Part shown: positions 39,130-52,617 of the stretch, piece by piece | Position numbering within the stretch: position 1 is the first letter of the stretch | Layout: every line of letters starts with the position of its first letter | NCBI GenBank assembly: GCA_002269645.1 | Contig: NIVC01000089.1 | Location: 986,078 to 1,050,077 of the forward strand | Direction of reading: 5' to 3' | DNA length: 64,000 nt | Origin: Macrostomum lignano | Lineage: Eukaryota | Translations under genes and position numbers: made by a program | Notes under the pieces: model-generated | The model's input: only the letters and a program-made list of their open reading frames with translations | The model's database searches: none | Told to the model about the DNA's origin: nothing

Positions 39130-39520
39130 GCCGTTCTAGGTGGCGCTTTTTTATGGCGCTATTTTGAGGTGAGCACTATTTTGAGCTAAGCGCCATTTTG
39201 AGGAAAGCGCCATTTTGAGATAAGCGCCATTTTGAGATAAACGCCATTTTGAGATAAGCGCCATTTTGAGATAAACGCCATTTTGAGAAATGCGCCATTT
39301 TGAGGTGAGCGCCATTTTGAGGTAAGCATTATTTTGAGATAAGCGCTATTTTGAGATAAGCGCCATTTTGAGATAAGCGCCATTTTGAGATAAGCGCCAT
39401 TTTGAGATAAGCGCTATTTTGAGATAAGCGCCATTTTGAGGTAAGCGCTATTTTGAGATAAGCGCCATTTTGAGGTAAGCGCTATTTTGAGATAAGCGCT
39501 ATTTTGAGGAAAGCGCCATA
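39130..39520. repeat. 17-bp minisatellite (gagataagcgccatttt)
   Basis: ~20 tandem units. Confidence 0.93.
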
Positions 39521-39616
39521 TTTAATTGGCACCCTTCACTGTTTCCACCCTTTCTTGGCTCGGCGCCTCTATTCGGCATGGTCAAATGAACCGTCAATTT
39601 TTATTCGTTCACAAAC

Positions 39617-39677
39617 CCTCCAGCAGGCTCCAGACTATGTGCACGAATTCGCTTTCAACTCCGTGACCGACATGGAC

Positions 39678-39717
<40 letters not shown>

Positions 39718-39815
39718 CTCGACTGGGTGGGCATGGGCAGCAGGCGGGGGTCCAGCTTCATGATGACGGACAGACCGGAGGCTGGCGGCTGTATCGGCGC
39801 CAATTCGGGCTTCAT
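39617..39815 (-). CDS. Probable upstream coding exon of the neuregulin-like gene (5' boundary unresolved)
   Basis: Strong GC3 bias (LSVIMKLDPRLLPMPTQSSR-polyG-VHVGHGVESEFVHIVWSLLE); G|GTTTGT donor in phase 1, matching the Ig exon; in-frame stop 15 nt before the ATG. Confidence 0.55.
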
Positions 39816-40380
39816 TGTCTCGCCTTCTTGTCAATTACTCTCCCGTGTGTCTGTTTTTTCACTTCCCGATGATGCGCAGCTCAGGCAAAGTCAGCCAGGA
39901 CGCCGTGAGGATGCTCTGGGGCGGTGAGGCCTGTTCCTGCTTTACCAGACTGCTAAAGCAGCAGAAAATTGTTTCGCCCGTCCACTAAGAAAAGAGATTT
40001 CGTGGCACGCGCGGCAAGCCTTTGGACGAGCCAATGAAGAGTGAATGTGAGAAAGGGGAGCTGGGACGAAACTCCCTTCTGCCCAGACAAACAGGCTGTA
40101 GGAAGCGGGCCCACTGCATAGGATCTGCGCACAGCATCCAGCATCCCATCTGCCCTCCTCGCATTGGGGCCGGGACGGACCTGTCAGCCTGCAAAGCCAC
40201 TGCTATGGGAGTATTCTCACGCCCCCTATTCTCATTTCTCCGGCTCTTTCTCACTCGGATTCTCCCTGTCACTTCCGTGGCATCCGGACTGATGAGCTGC
40301 CTGAGCCACTGGGGTGAGCAGGCAATCATTGGGGTTGAGCAGTGGAATGAAGCTAATTTTAATATCTGGATAGATACTCG

Positions 40381-40858
<478 letters not shown>

Positions 40859-41419
40859 TGGGCATTTCAATAGATAGAAGAAGCGAATGCGAAGGCCACA
40901 AATCAAAAATCATGTATTCTCTGAGTAAGCCTTCAGTTTTAATGAAACTGTCAAGAATTGCAAATTTAGTTTATCAAAACGAGAGCCTGATTTATAGATT
41001 TTGATTTCTGTCCTCAGGTTCCTGAGCAGCCGTATTCCTTCCTCCACCTGTTACGTAAACTCAGTTTGATTCAATCGAATTCATTCAGTTATTCTTTTTA
41101 TTGATTTTCCCATCTTAATTGACGTGATTGATTGTTTAATAGTAAAACGCTGTTCACTCTACTGCCTGCAGTAGAAATTCTAGCGTTATGACGACGGTCT
41201 TGCTATTAGTAGTATTATTAGTTTAAACATGGCTAAACATAGAAGAGAGTAGGCATAGCAATAAAATGAAACTGGGAAAATGGCACACAAGTGGCGTATG
41301 GCGAAATTTTATGGCAGACGGAAGGGTAAGTACAAGTGTGAGATTTGAGAGAATTATATGAGAACCGAGAGGAATGGCAGACATGAGAGAGGCATGGATG
41401 AGAGATATGAGAAAGGCCC

Positions 41420-41760
41420 AAAAAGCACGAGAAAGACGTAATAAATGTACATGAGAAAGACATGAAATAAATGTACATGAGAAAGACATGAAATAAATGT
41501 ACACGAGAAAGACATGAGATATATGTACCTGAGAAAGACATGAGATAAATGTACATTAAAAAGACATGAGATAAATATACACGAGAAAGACATGTGATAA
41601 ATGTACATGAGAAAGACATGAGATATGTGTACACCAGAAAGACATGAGATAAATGTACCTGAGAAAGACATATGATAAATGTATTCGTACGTGAGAAATG
41701 CATGAGATAAATGTACATGAGAAATGCATGAGATAAATGTACATGAGAAATGCATGAGAA
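41420..41760. repeat. 26-bp minisatellite (gagaaagacatgagataaatgtacat)
   Basis: Tandem units. Confidence 0.9.
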
Positions 41761-42489
41761 GGCAGCATCGGCAAAGTGCTAAAAAGTGCACACAGGCCCC
41801 GACCAAGTGCAAGGTAGATATGGGAAAATTAATTGGCTGGAAGGTATAGTCGATGCTCCATATTTTTCCAAATAAGCAACTCTGACTGTAGCAATCTCGA
41901 GGAAAAACCGCGAACTCCCATTATTGAAAAAAAGCGCAGGATACGAGTATTCTCAAGGCCAGAGTTTGGAACAACGACTGTAGTGGCCTCATCTCTTAGT
42001 AGCCTCTGAGCTGCTCTGGCTGACCAGAGCAAGAGGACTTTTGCTGGCGCTAATGAGGGCCAAACGCCCTCGCATCCGGGCTAAATTTACTTCATCACCT
42101 TTTTTAGAAAAAATGGAATAATTTTACTCCCTTTCTTCACCTTTTTTCATTCTGTTTTTAACCTTGCGGTTAAGAAATTTGGGCCACAGTTAACGATAGT
42201 CCGCCTCAATGCGATGAAATTGAATTCCGTTAAAACTTCTAAGAAATAGTGCGAGGCTTCAAGTGGCCTCTCGTTCTGAGTTCAATTTAATGAGTTTTTG
42301 GTAGTTTAATTGCTCATTTTTCCAATCTTGTCGAAAACTCTTCTTCAGTTTTAGTTTGACGACAAGGTAACACGTCTTTAGGAAGCTGAATGAGTGGCAC
42401 TTGTGTCCAGCGGGTGATTAATTGTTAAGCAGGTTGTGCCTCCGCCTGACAGCCTGACAGGTGTTACCTCCGTCTCTACAATGTATCTT

Positions 42490-43580
42490 TCGTGTCTAAC
42501 AGGTATTTCCTTGTGTCTAACAGTTATCGCTTGTGTCTAAAAGGTATTTTCTTGTGTCTAAAAGGTATTTTCTTGTGTCTAACAGGTATCCACTGTGTCT
42601 AACAGGTATCCACTGAGTCTAACAGGTATCCACTGTGTCTAACAGGTATCCACCGTGTCTAACAGGTATCCACCGGGTCTAAGAGGTATCCACAGTGTCT
42701 AACAGGTATCCACTGAGTCTAACAGGTATCCACTGAGTCTAACAGGTATCCACTGTGTCTAACAGGTATCCACTGAATCTAACAGGTATCCACTGTGTCT
42801 AACAGGTATCCACCGTGTCTAACAGGTATCCACCGTGTCTAACAGGTATCCACCGTGTCTAACAGGTATCCACTGTGTCTAACAGGTATCCACTGTGTCT
42901 AACAGGTATCCACTGTGTCTAACAGGTATCCACCGTGTCTAACAGGTATCCACCGTGTCTAAGAGGTATCCACCGTGTCTAACAGGTATCCACTGTGTCT
43001 AACAGATATCCACTGTGTCTAACAGGTATCCACCGTGTCTAACAGGTATCCACTGTGTCTAACAGGTATCCACTCTGTCTAACAGGTATCCACTGTGTCT
43101 AACAGGTATCCACCGTGTCTAACAGGTATCCACCGTGTCTAAGAGGTATCCACCGTGTCTAACAGGTATCCACTGTGTCTAACAGGTATCCACTCTGTCT
43201 AACAGGTATCCACTGTGTCTAACAGGTATCCACCGTGTCTAACAGGTATCCACCGTGTCTAAGAGGTATCCACCGTGTCTAACAGGTATCCACTGTGTCT
43301 AACAGATATCCACTGTGTCTAACAGGTATCCACCGTGTCTAACAGGTATCCACTGTGTCTAACAGGTATCCACTCTGTCTAACAGGTATCCACTGTGTCT
43401 AACAGGTATCCACCGTGTCTAACAGGTATCCACCGTGTCTAAGAGGTATCCACCGTGTCTAACAGGTATCCACCGTGTCTAACAGATATCCACTGTGTCT
43501 AACAGGTATCCACCGTGTCTAACAGGTATCCACTGTGTCCAACAGATATCCACTGTGTCTAACAGGTATCCACCGTGTCT
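42490..43580. repeat. 20-bp minisatellite (aacaggtatccactgtgtct), ~52 copies
   Basis: Tandem units. Confidence 0.97.
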
Positions 43581-44176
43581 AATGCTAAGCTCAAAAGCTG
43601 ATAAGAAGTTAACCACAATTGAGCTCACGTCCAACCCATCAAAAAATTTGCTCCAACTTGAGCCCTCTGCAGCCCCCCCCCCGGCTACCCAATTAGGCTT
43701 TATTGAAGTTATCTTAGGTCCCGCTGCAGCTGTGCAAGTTTGACAATTTAATCCGACCAGTCATTGCGTGCCAGCCAAGATTTAGGCGCAACTTCAGCGC
43801 CACTAAAATTGCCCCACTAATCCACATTAGCTCTATTAATCTCAGTCATAATCCACAAATTTCCCAACAAATTTTTGTTGCCCTTCCAGCTCGGAGGAAG
43901 ATGACTGAGCGCAAGTTTTTTGTTTTAGAATTCATTGAAAAAAGTACAGCATTGAGCGGCTGAGCACGGGCTCAACGGCGGCGTGTTGGCTCAGCACTTA
44001 ATTACTGCCGGCTTAGAGAGAGGGAGGGGGCAGGACAGGCCGCGACAGCTCAAGATGAAGCGTTGAGCCACTGGAGGAAGCTGGGAAATCCCTCCGGTTA
44101 ATGAACTTTCAGTTTCTGTCTGTCCGCTCTTGTCTTAATCGTTAAGCAGATCGGTTACTCTGTCAGCTTTCAGAAC

Positions 44177-44348
44177 CATTCGCAAGGCCTCTTATCGCTA
44201 ATTGCTACTTGGCGAGTTCTTCTATCGGGAAAATTCTCCCTAATTGCCTCCTGTTGCCGTTGCAGAGCTACATGGCGCTTCAGCACATCGATAAGGAGAT
44301 ACTGACCGATAATTTGCGCATTATGCGATTCGCCTCGGTTCTTTCTCG
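44177..44348 (-). CDS. Candidate exon 2 of the neuregulin-like gene ([24 protein letters not shown]...[11 protein letters not shown])
   Basis: gaccgcag| acceptor in phase 1, matching the signal-peptide exon; open frame; donor weak and ambiguous. Confidence 0.3.
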
Positions 44349-44354
44349 CTGCGG

Positions 44355-44606
<252 letters not shown>

Positions 44607-44825
44607 AGTTTTCGTTTAACTTCCTCATCACTTCATTCTCAATAATGCAAGCCCCAATCCAATCGCGGGGTGGGTAGTCAGTGATTTCCCAAGCTACTGG
44701 GGAAAGTCATCAATAAACCAGAACACTCAACTCTGTTGCCGAAGAATTCCCAGATGAGGGACACCTTGGTTTTGGGGCGCCTCAATTAGCGAGATCGCTA
44801 CTCGGGGGGAGGGGCAGGCACTCAC

Positions 44826-44946
44826 CCAGGACGTAGTTCACCTCCAGCTCGATTGCGTACCGCGATACCCCCTGAGGGGGCGGCGGCGGCGGCGACCTTC
44901 CGCCCGCCAGCCGGGCCAAAGCAGCGGCCAAAAGAATTGCCAGCAT
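44826..44946 (-). CDS. Probable first coding exon of the neuregulin-like gene: signal peptide (MLAILLAAALARLAGG-RSPPPPPPQGVSRYAIELEVNYVL)
   Basis: ATG at 44946, hydrophobic signal-like N-terminus, consensus G|GTGAGT donor in phase 1. The frame is also open for 86 codons upstream, without an ATG. Confidence 0.6.
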
Positions 44947-45299
44947 CTGCCTGTCTTCTGCTTCTGCCTGCTGCTCCCTGTGGTCTCCGACTCCTCCGGC
45001 TTCTGAGTTTGCTGCTGGCTGCTCCGCTAGTTTTGGGTTTAATCTCTTTTTAGGCGATGGAAACTGCTGGGAGGGAGCCGGGGAAGGGGCTGATGGATGC
45101 TTGGAGGGCACCGATTGGCTGGGCTGGCTGCTCAGTAGTGTAGCCGGGTTCAGTTTCTGGCCTGAGAGACTTTTGTTCAGGCACTCTTCATGGCACTGTC
45201 TCAATTGTTGAAATGATTTTTAACACAAAGGTAAAGCACAGACAGGCGATTGAAACTAATAATTTTAGACTTATCGGTTTGGAACAACAATTCACCTCT

Positions 45300-45830
45300 C
45301 TTCTCCCCTCGCTTCTCTCTCATCTCTCCTCTCTCATCTCACCTCTCCCATCTCTCATCTCTTATCTTTCCTCGCTCGTCTCTAATTTCTCCTCTCTCCT
45401 CTCTAATCTCTCCTCTCTCCTCTCTCATCTCTGCTCTCACTTCGCTCCTCTCTAATCTCTCCTCTCTCCTCTCTCATCTCTGCTCTCACCTCGCTCCTCT
45501 CTAATCTCTCCTGTCTTCTCTCTTATTTCCCTTCTCTTCTCTCTCCTCTCTCCTCTCTTCTCTCTCATCTCTCCTCTTTCCTCTCTCATCTCTGCTCTCA
45601 CCTCGCTACTCTCTAATCTCTCCTGTCTTCTCTCTTATTTCCCTTCTCTTCTCTCTCCTCTCTCCTCTCTTCTCTCTCATCTCTCATCTCTCATCTCTCA
45701 TCTCTCATCTCTCCTCTCTCATCTCTCAGCTCTCATCTCTCCTCTCTCATCTCTCCTCTCTCATCCCTGCTCTCTCCTCTCTAATCTCACCTCTCACCTC
45801 TCTCCTCTCGTTCATCGTTCCTCATTCTCA
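45300..45830. repeat. CT-rich low-complexity repeat
   Basis: tctcctctctcatc-like units. Confidence 0.88.
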
Positions 45831-46492
45831 GCCCTCCTGGCCCCATACTTTCTAAGTTGTCCTCAAAAAAGAAGCGCAACTTTCTTCCAATTTATCCCCT
45901 AAATTATCCAGCCACTGCACTGACAGATAAATAAATAATAATGCTTGTGCAGCCCGCAATAATATCGCAGACTAATGTCTGGTCACACAGCCACTCCAAG
46001 GCCAGCCCATGCTTGTAATCGATTTCGCCAGGACAGAGTCTGCTCCGCTCTTTCATTGCTGCTTTTTTGTCCCCAGTTTTGTTCCGAATAACTTTCTGGA
46101 CTCGAGCTCGGGAGAGAAGGGGAGCAGGGGAGGGTCGGGTAATGCGGCAGGATTTCGCGAGAGATGCTCCATCATTTTTAGCATCGCTTCGCTCGGTTCG
46201 TCGACTTCGCGGGGATCGTTTAAGAGATAAGATTGAGAAGCTGCGGATGAGGCGAATTGCTGAGATCCCCCGCTATGGGATTTCTCTCAGCTCGAATTCT
46301 GACCTGCGTAGTTGTTGCTGGCGCTGATGGCGCGTGGGTCGACTTTAATTTAGTAGATTCTTGTGGAGCAATCTTTAGGATCAGCGATGTGGCCGCTGAG
46401 CACCGCTGAGCAATGCCAGGTTTATCTTTAGTGCCGGCCTGAGCTGAGCCTGAGTTTTATTTTTGCATTCGGGCGAGCCGGTCCGAAACTCA

Positions 46493-47022
46493 CTCCCAGT
46501 CCCAGTCCCAGTCCCAGTCCCAGTCCCAGTGCCAGTTTCAGTCTCAGTCCCAGTCCCAGTCCCAGTCCCAGTCCCAGTCCGAGTCCCAGTCCCAGTCCCA
46601 GTTTCAGTCCCAGTCCCAGTCCCAGTTTCAGTCCCAGTCCCAGTTTCAGTCCCAGTCCCAGTCCCAGCCCCAGTCCCAGTCCCAGTTTCAGTCCCAGTCC
46701 CAGTCCCAGCCCCAGTCCCAGTCCCCGTTTCAGTCTCAGTCCCAGTCCCAGTCCCAGTTCCAGTCTCAGTTTCAGTCCCAGTCCCAGTCCCAGTCCCAGT
46801 CACAGTCCCAGTTCCAGTCTCAGTTTCAGTCCCAGTCCCAGTCCCAGTCCCAGTCCGAGTCCCAGTCCCAGTCCCAGTTTCAGTCCCAGTCCCAGTCCCA
46901 GTCCCAGTTTCAGTCCCAGTCCCAGTCCCAGTTTCAGTCCCAGTCCCAGTCCCAGTCCCAGTCCCAGTTTCAATCCCAGTTCCAGTCCCAGTTTCAGCCC
47001 CAGTCCCAGTCCCAGTTCCAAT
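46493..47022. repeat. (CCCAGT)n hexamer array
   Basis: Read directly; gives the VP and GT dipeptide ORFs. Confidence 0.96.
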
Positions 47023-47269
47023 CCAAAGTCGCACTCAAATCAAGGGGCGTAGCAGAAGAAGACCCGTGATAGCAAATCTTTACTTTCAGACCGAGGACAA
47101 GTCAAGTGTGAGGAAGATCCGCCTTGTTTGACAACCACGCCGCACAACCGCTGCTCAGCAATGCCGCACTCACGAGTGACTCAGTGCTGGTGATGGTGAG
47201 ACGCATTATTTAGCACTGTCCCGGTTCCGTACTCAGATTGTTTGTACAGTAACTTATTTCATTGGGAAG

Positions 47270-47565
47270 GACTGGAACTGGAACTGAAAATGGGACTGAG
47301 ACTGGGACTGGCACTGGGACTGGGACTGGGACTGGCACTGGGACTGGGACTGGGACTGGGACTGGGACTGGGACTGGGATTTGGACTGGGACTAGGAGTT
47401 GGTTTGTGGCAGTAGAAGGAAGAGGAAGTGGCAGATGATCTGGTATAGGGCTGGGACTGAAACTGAGATTGGGACTGAAACTGGGACTGGGACTGGGACT
47501 GGGACTGAAACTGGGATTGGGACTGAAACTGGGACTGGGACTGGGACTGGGACTGAAACTGGGAT

Positions 47566-47599
<34 letters not shown>

Positions 47600-47620
47600 A
47601 CTGGGATTTGGACTAGGACT
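47270..47620. repeat. (ACTGGG)n hexamer array, inverted copy of 46493-47022
   Basis: Reverse-complement unit; includes a ~50-bp direct duplication at ~47395 and ~47623. Confidence 0.94.
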
Positions 47621-48029
47621 GGGAGTTGGTTTGTGGCAGTAGAAGGGAAAGGAAGTGGCAGATGATCTGGTATAAATATTAAATATTCATCTAAGTACGC
47701 CAATCAGTAATCGAAACTTGCTACTCGAGTGAGTAGAGCAGTTGAAAAATTGTGCGCCACATTTTCACAGACATGATGATTGCAAAAACCAGGTAGCCTC
47801 TGCCGCCAATAAAAGAATCCAGAGCCAGAAGTCAGTGAGAACCCTGATTGCATACAGAATTACTGTATATCTCTTTGTCTTCACGTGCCTCCTAGTGCAT
47901 GACTTTGGACTTTTTGAGTCACATCAATGTTGAACTGGGCCTAGTATATGCTTCTTTTGTAGTTGGTAGGTAAGAAATGAGCATTATTCTTGGTTAGTAT
48001 TTAAAGAAGCTGTATTACAAAGTTCGGTG

Positions 48030-50405
48030 CCGATTTAAATAAGTTTGGGCGCCGATTCAAATAAATCTTGGCGCCGATTCAAAAAAATCTTGGCTCCGAT
48101 TCAAGTAAATCTGGGCGCCGATTCAAATAAATCTTGGCTCCGATTCAAATAAATCTTGGCTCCGATTCAAATAAATCTTGGCTCTGATTCAAATAAATCT
48201 TGGCGCCGATTCAAATAAATCTTAACGCCGATTACAAATAAATCTTGGCTCCGATTCAAATAAATCTTGGCTCTGATTCAAATAAATCTTGGCGCCGATT
48301 CAAATAAATCTTGGCGCCGATTACAAATAAATCTTGGCGCCGATTACAAGTAAATCTTGGCGCCGATTCAAATAAATCTTGGCTCCGATTCAAATAAATC
48401 TTGGCTCCGATTCAAATAAATCTTGGCTCCGATTCAAATAAATCTTGGCTCCGATTTCAAAAAAATCTTGGCGCCGATTACAAATAAATCTTGGCGCCGA
48501 TTCAAATAAATCTTGGCTCTGATTCAAATAAATCTTGGCGCCGATTCAAATAAATCTTGGCTCCGATTCAAATAAATCTTGGCTCCGATTCAAATAAATC
48601 TTGGCTCTGATTCAAATAAATCTTGGCGCCGATTCAAATAAATCTTAACGCCGATTACAAATAAATCTTGGCTCCGATTCAAATAAATCTTGGCTCTGAT
48701 TCAAATAAATCTTGGCGCCGATTCAAATAAATCTTGGCGCCGATTACAAATAAATCTTGGCGCCGATTACAAGTAAATCTTGGCGCCGATTCAAATAAAT
48801 CTTGGCTCCGATTCAAATAAATCTTGGCTCCGATTCAAATAAATCTTGGCTCCGATTCAAATAAATCTTGGCTCCGATTTCAAAAAAAATCTTGGCGCCG
48901 ATTACAAATAAATCTTGGCGCCGATTCAAATAAATCTTGGCTCTGATTCAAATAAATCTTGGCGCCGATTCAAATAAATCTTGGCTCCGATTCAAATAAA
49001 TCTTGGCTCCGATTCAAATAAATCTTGGCTCCGATTCAAATAAATCTTGGCTCTGATTCAAATAAATCTTGGCGCCGATTCAAATAAATCTTGGCTCTGA
49101 TTCAAATAAATCTTGGCGCCGATTCAAATAAATCTTGGCTCCGATTCAAATAAATCTTGGCTCCGATTCAAATAAATCTTGGCTCCGATTCAAATAAATC
49201 TTGGCTCTGATTCAAATAAATCTTGGCGCCGATTCAAATAAATCTTGGCTCCGATTCAAATAAATCTTGGCTCCGATTCAAATCTTGGCTCCGATTGCTC
49301 TGATTCAAATAAATCTTGGCGCCGATTCAAATAAATCTTGGCGCCGATTACAAATAAATCTTGGCGCCGATTACAAGTAAATCTTGGCGCCGATTCAAAT
49401 AAATCTTGGCGCCAATTCAAAAAAATCTTGGCGCCGGTTCAAATAAATCTTGGCTCCGATTCAAATAAATCTTGGCTCCGATTCAAATAAATCTTGGCTC
49501 CGATTTAAATCTTGGCTCCGATTGCTCTGATTCAAATAAATCTTGGCTCTGATTCAAATAAATCTTGGCGCCGATTCAAATAAATCTTGGCTCCGATTCA
49601 AATAAATCTTGGCTCTGATTCAAATAAATCTTGGCGCCGATTCAAATAAATCTTGGCTCTGATTCAAATAAATCTTGGCGCCGATTCAAATAAATCTTGG
49701 CTCCGATTCAAATAAATCTTGGCTCTGATTCAAATAAATCTTGGCTCCGATTCAAATCTTGGCTCCGATTGCTCTGATTCAAATAAATCTTGGCGCCGAT
49801 TCAAAAAAATCTTGGCGCCGATTACAAATAAATCTTGGCTCCGATTCAAATAAATCTTGGCGCCGATTACAAATAAATCTTGGCGCCGATTACAAGTAAA
49901 TCTTGGCGCCGATTCAAATAAATCTTGGCGCCAATTCAAAAAAATCTTGGCGCCGGTTCAAATAAATCTTGGCTCCGATTCAAATAAATCTTGGCTCCGA
50001 TTCAAATAAATCTTGGCTCCGATTTAAATCTTGGCTCCGATTGCTCTGATTCAAATAAATCTTGGCTCTGATTCAAATAAATCTTGGCGCCGATTCAAAT
50101 AAATCTTGGCTCCGATTCAAATAAATCTTGGCTCTGATTCAAATAAATCTTGGCGCCGATTCAAATAAATCTTGGCTCTGATTCAAATAAATCTTGGCGC
50201 CGATTCAAATAAATCTTGGCTCCGATTCAAATAAATCTTGGCTCTGATTCAAATAAATCTTGGCTCCGATTCAAATCTTGGCTCCGATTGCTCTGATTCA
50301 AATAAATCTTGGCGCCGATTCAAAAAAATCTTGGCGCCGATTACAAATAAATCTTGGCTCCGATTCAAATAAATCTTGGCGCCGGTTCAAATAAATCTTG
50401 GCGCC
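48030..50405. repeat. 22-bp satellite (aaataaatcttggcgccgattc), ~105 copies, with higher-order repeats
   Basis: Diagnostic variants recur in blocks, e.g. the A-run variant at ~48457 and ~48885 and at ~49800 and ~50320. Confidence 0.97.
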
Positions 50406-50434
50406 ACTATCTAGGAAGCTACACTTGGAGATCA

Positions 50435-50637
50435 AACTTGGCTTGACACACCCACAGCAATTATTGCAACTTGGCTTGACACACCCACAGCAATTATTGC
50501 AACTTGGCTTGACACACCCACAGCAATTATTGCAACTTGGCTTGACACACCCACAGCAATTATTGCAACTTGGCTTGACACACCCACAGCAATTATTGCA
50601 ACTTGGCTTGACACACCCACAGCAATTATTGCAACTT
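50435..50637. repeat. 33-bp minisatellite (acacccacagcaattattgcaacttggcttgac), ~6 copies
   Basis: Identical units with an internal gcaat-t-attgc palindrome. Confidence 0.95.
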
Positions 50638-51009
50638 TAGCTACAAGCAAAATGCCAAATTGGCCCAGCAACTACCGTCTTCAGATGCTCTCAAGCCCGC
50701 TTCAGGGCATTTTTATTCAGTCAATTTTGCAATTGGATTTTCGGGATCGATTTGAGCAGCGCTGCTCACCTGCCAAGGGTAATACGAAGTAAGTAGACAG
50801 TGTAATTTGAGCCACAAGGACAGACTGCAAAATCAATTCTTACTAGGATTTTAGTAGGGTTTCGATTGACCCCTGCTAAGTTGAGGATCGGGTTCTTAAA
50901 AATGGACAAAGTACTTTTTCTACTCCAGCCTTGAAAAACCTCAGATGAAAGAAACTTGCGATTTTGTGCCCACTTCATTAATGATTTTTTGTCAGTTTTC
51001 AAATGCTTA

Positions 51010-51235
51010 TAGCTAAGGATTTTGGGATATGGGAGCTGAGGATTTTGGGATATTGCAGCTGAGGATTTTGGGATATTGCAGTTGAGGATTTTGGGATATT
51101 GCAGCTGAGGATTGTGGGATATTTCAGCTGAGGATTGTGGGATATTGCAGCTGAGGATTTTGGGATATTTCAGCTGAGGATTGTGGGATATTGCAGCTAA
51201 GGATTTTGGGATATTGCAGCTCAGGATTGTGGGAA
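51010..51235. repeat. 23-bp minisatellite (gctgaggattttgggatattgca)
   Basis: ~9 units. Confidence 0.92.
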
Positions 51236-51339
51236 AATTTATGAAGTATTATCCAAGGATTAACGAGGTTTCTAACTAAGAATTGGCGATATGACTTAAA
51301 AAATGATTTCCAATAGTTCTTTGTTGTGGATCAAGTATG

Positions 51340-52035
51340 GATTATCGAGAGTTTTTTATCGATGACTATGGATCATCGATGACTATGGATTATCGATGAC
51401 TATGGATTATCGATGACTATGGATTATCGATGACTATGGATTATCGATGACTATGGATTATCGATGACTATGTATTATCGATGACTATGGATTATCGATG
51501 ACTATGGATTATCGATGACTATGTATTATCGATGACTATGTATTATCGATGACTATGGATTATCGATGACTATGGATTATCGATGACTATGTATTATCGA
51601 TGACTATGGATTATCGATGACTATGGATTATCGATGACTATGGATTATCGATGACTATGTATTATCGATGACTATGGATTATCGATGACTATGTATTATC
51701 GATGACTATAGATTATCGATGACTATGGATTATCGATGACTATGTATTATCGATGACTATGTATTATCGATGACTATGGATTATCGATGACTATGGATTT
51801 ATCGATGACTATGGATTATCGATGACTATGTATTATCGATGACTATAGATTATCGATAAATGCGGATTATCGATAACTAATGGATTATCAAAAGCCACGG
51901 GGCTCTCGACAATTATGGACTATCGATGACTATTGGTTATCGATAAATGCGGATTAACGATAACTATGGATTATCTATAAATGCGGATTAACGATAACTA
52001 TGGATTATCTATAAATGCGGATTATCGATGACTAT
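51340..52035. repeat. 17-bp minisatellite (atcgatgactatggatt)
   Basis: Tandem units, degenerating rightwards. Confidence 0.95.
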
Positions 52036-52145
52036 CGATTGTTACCAAAAACAGTTGTTAGCAAAGGATGATCGGGAACAGGCTAGTACTTATTCACCCC
52101 ACCCCAGTTAAAAGTACAGTCCCGCAGGCAGCCCTCGTCCATCAC

Positions 52146-52270
52146 TTGCCGATTTCCACTGACACATCCGCGATGCGCAGCTCCACCTGCTGCTGCTGCC
52201 AGCTGGTTGCGACGCCGATCGCCGAGTCGCCCTTCGCCTCCGCCGCTTCGCCAACGGTTGATGAAGTCAT
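52146..52270 (-). CDS. Candidate isolated first coding exon (MTSSTVGEAAEAKGDSAIGVATSWQQQQVELRIADVSVEIG), gene unknown
   Basis: GC-rich island between satellites; aaaATG at 52270; AA|GTGATG donor in phase 2; coding-like codon usage. Confidence 0.3.
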
Positions 52271-52617
52271 TTTATTGAAAAGAAGAGAACCAAAACAGGA
52301 AATAAGAATGCCAGTTAATGGGAATTCGGAGTGGTGGGATTAAAGCGGCTTTACTGAGTGTGGAATTTTTGGCTCCGATTCCAGCCAGAGACACGCCCAA
52401 CAGCTGCAGCCAATTTTCTATAGTGGCTGGCCGGCTGGGGGGGGGGAGGCCGGTTCGCCTGGCGAATGGCAGAGCTGGGGGGCTGGTGATCAGGGCTGGT
52501 GTACATGTACAGCCGTGAAGACAGCCTGTCACACTTTCTGGTCAAATGCAAGCCCCATAAGTTCACTGACGGTATCAGATATTTATCGTGCAATATATTT
52601 CATTTTCTACAGATAAC

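Noticed and set aside
46381-47131. (GT)n and (VP)n dipeptide ORFs resembling antifreeze or mucin proteins
   Set aside because: Hexanucleotide satellite with no signal peptide or splice support.
50435-50637. 33-bp palindromic repeats, CRISPR-like
   Set aside because: No spacers; simple tandem array.
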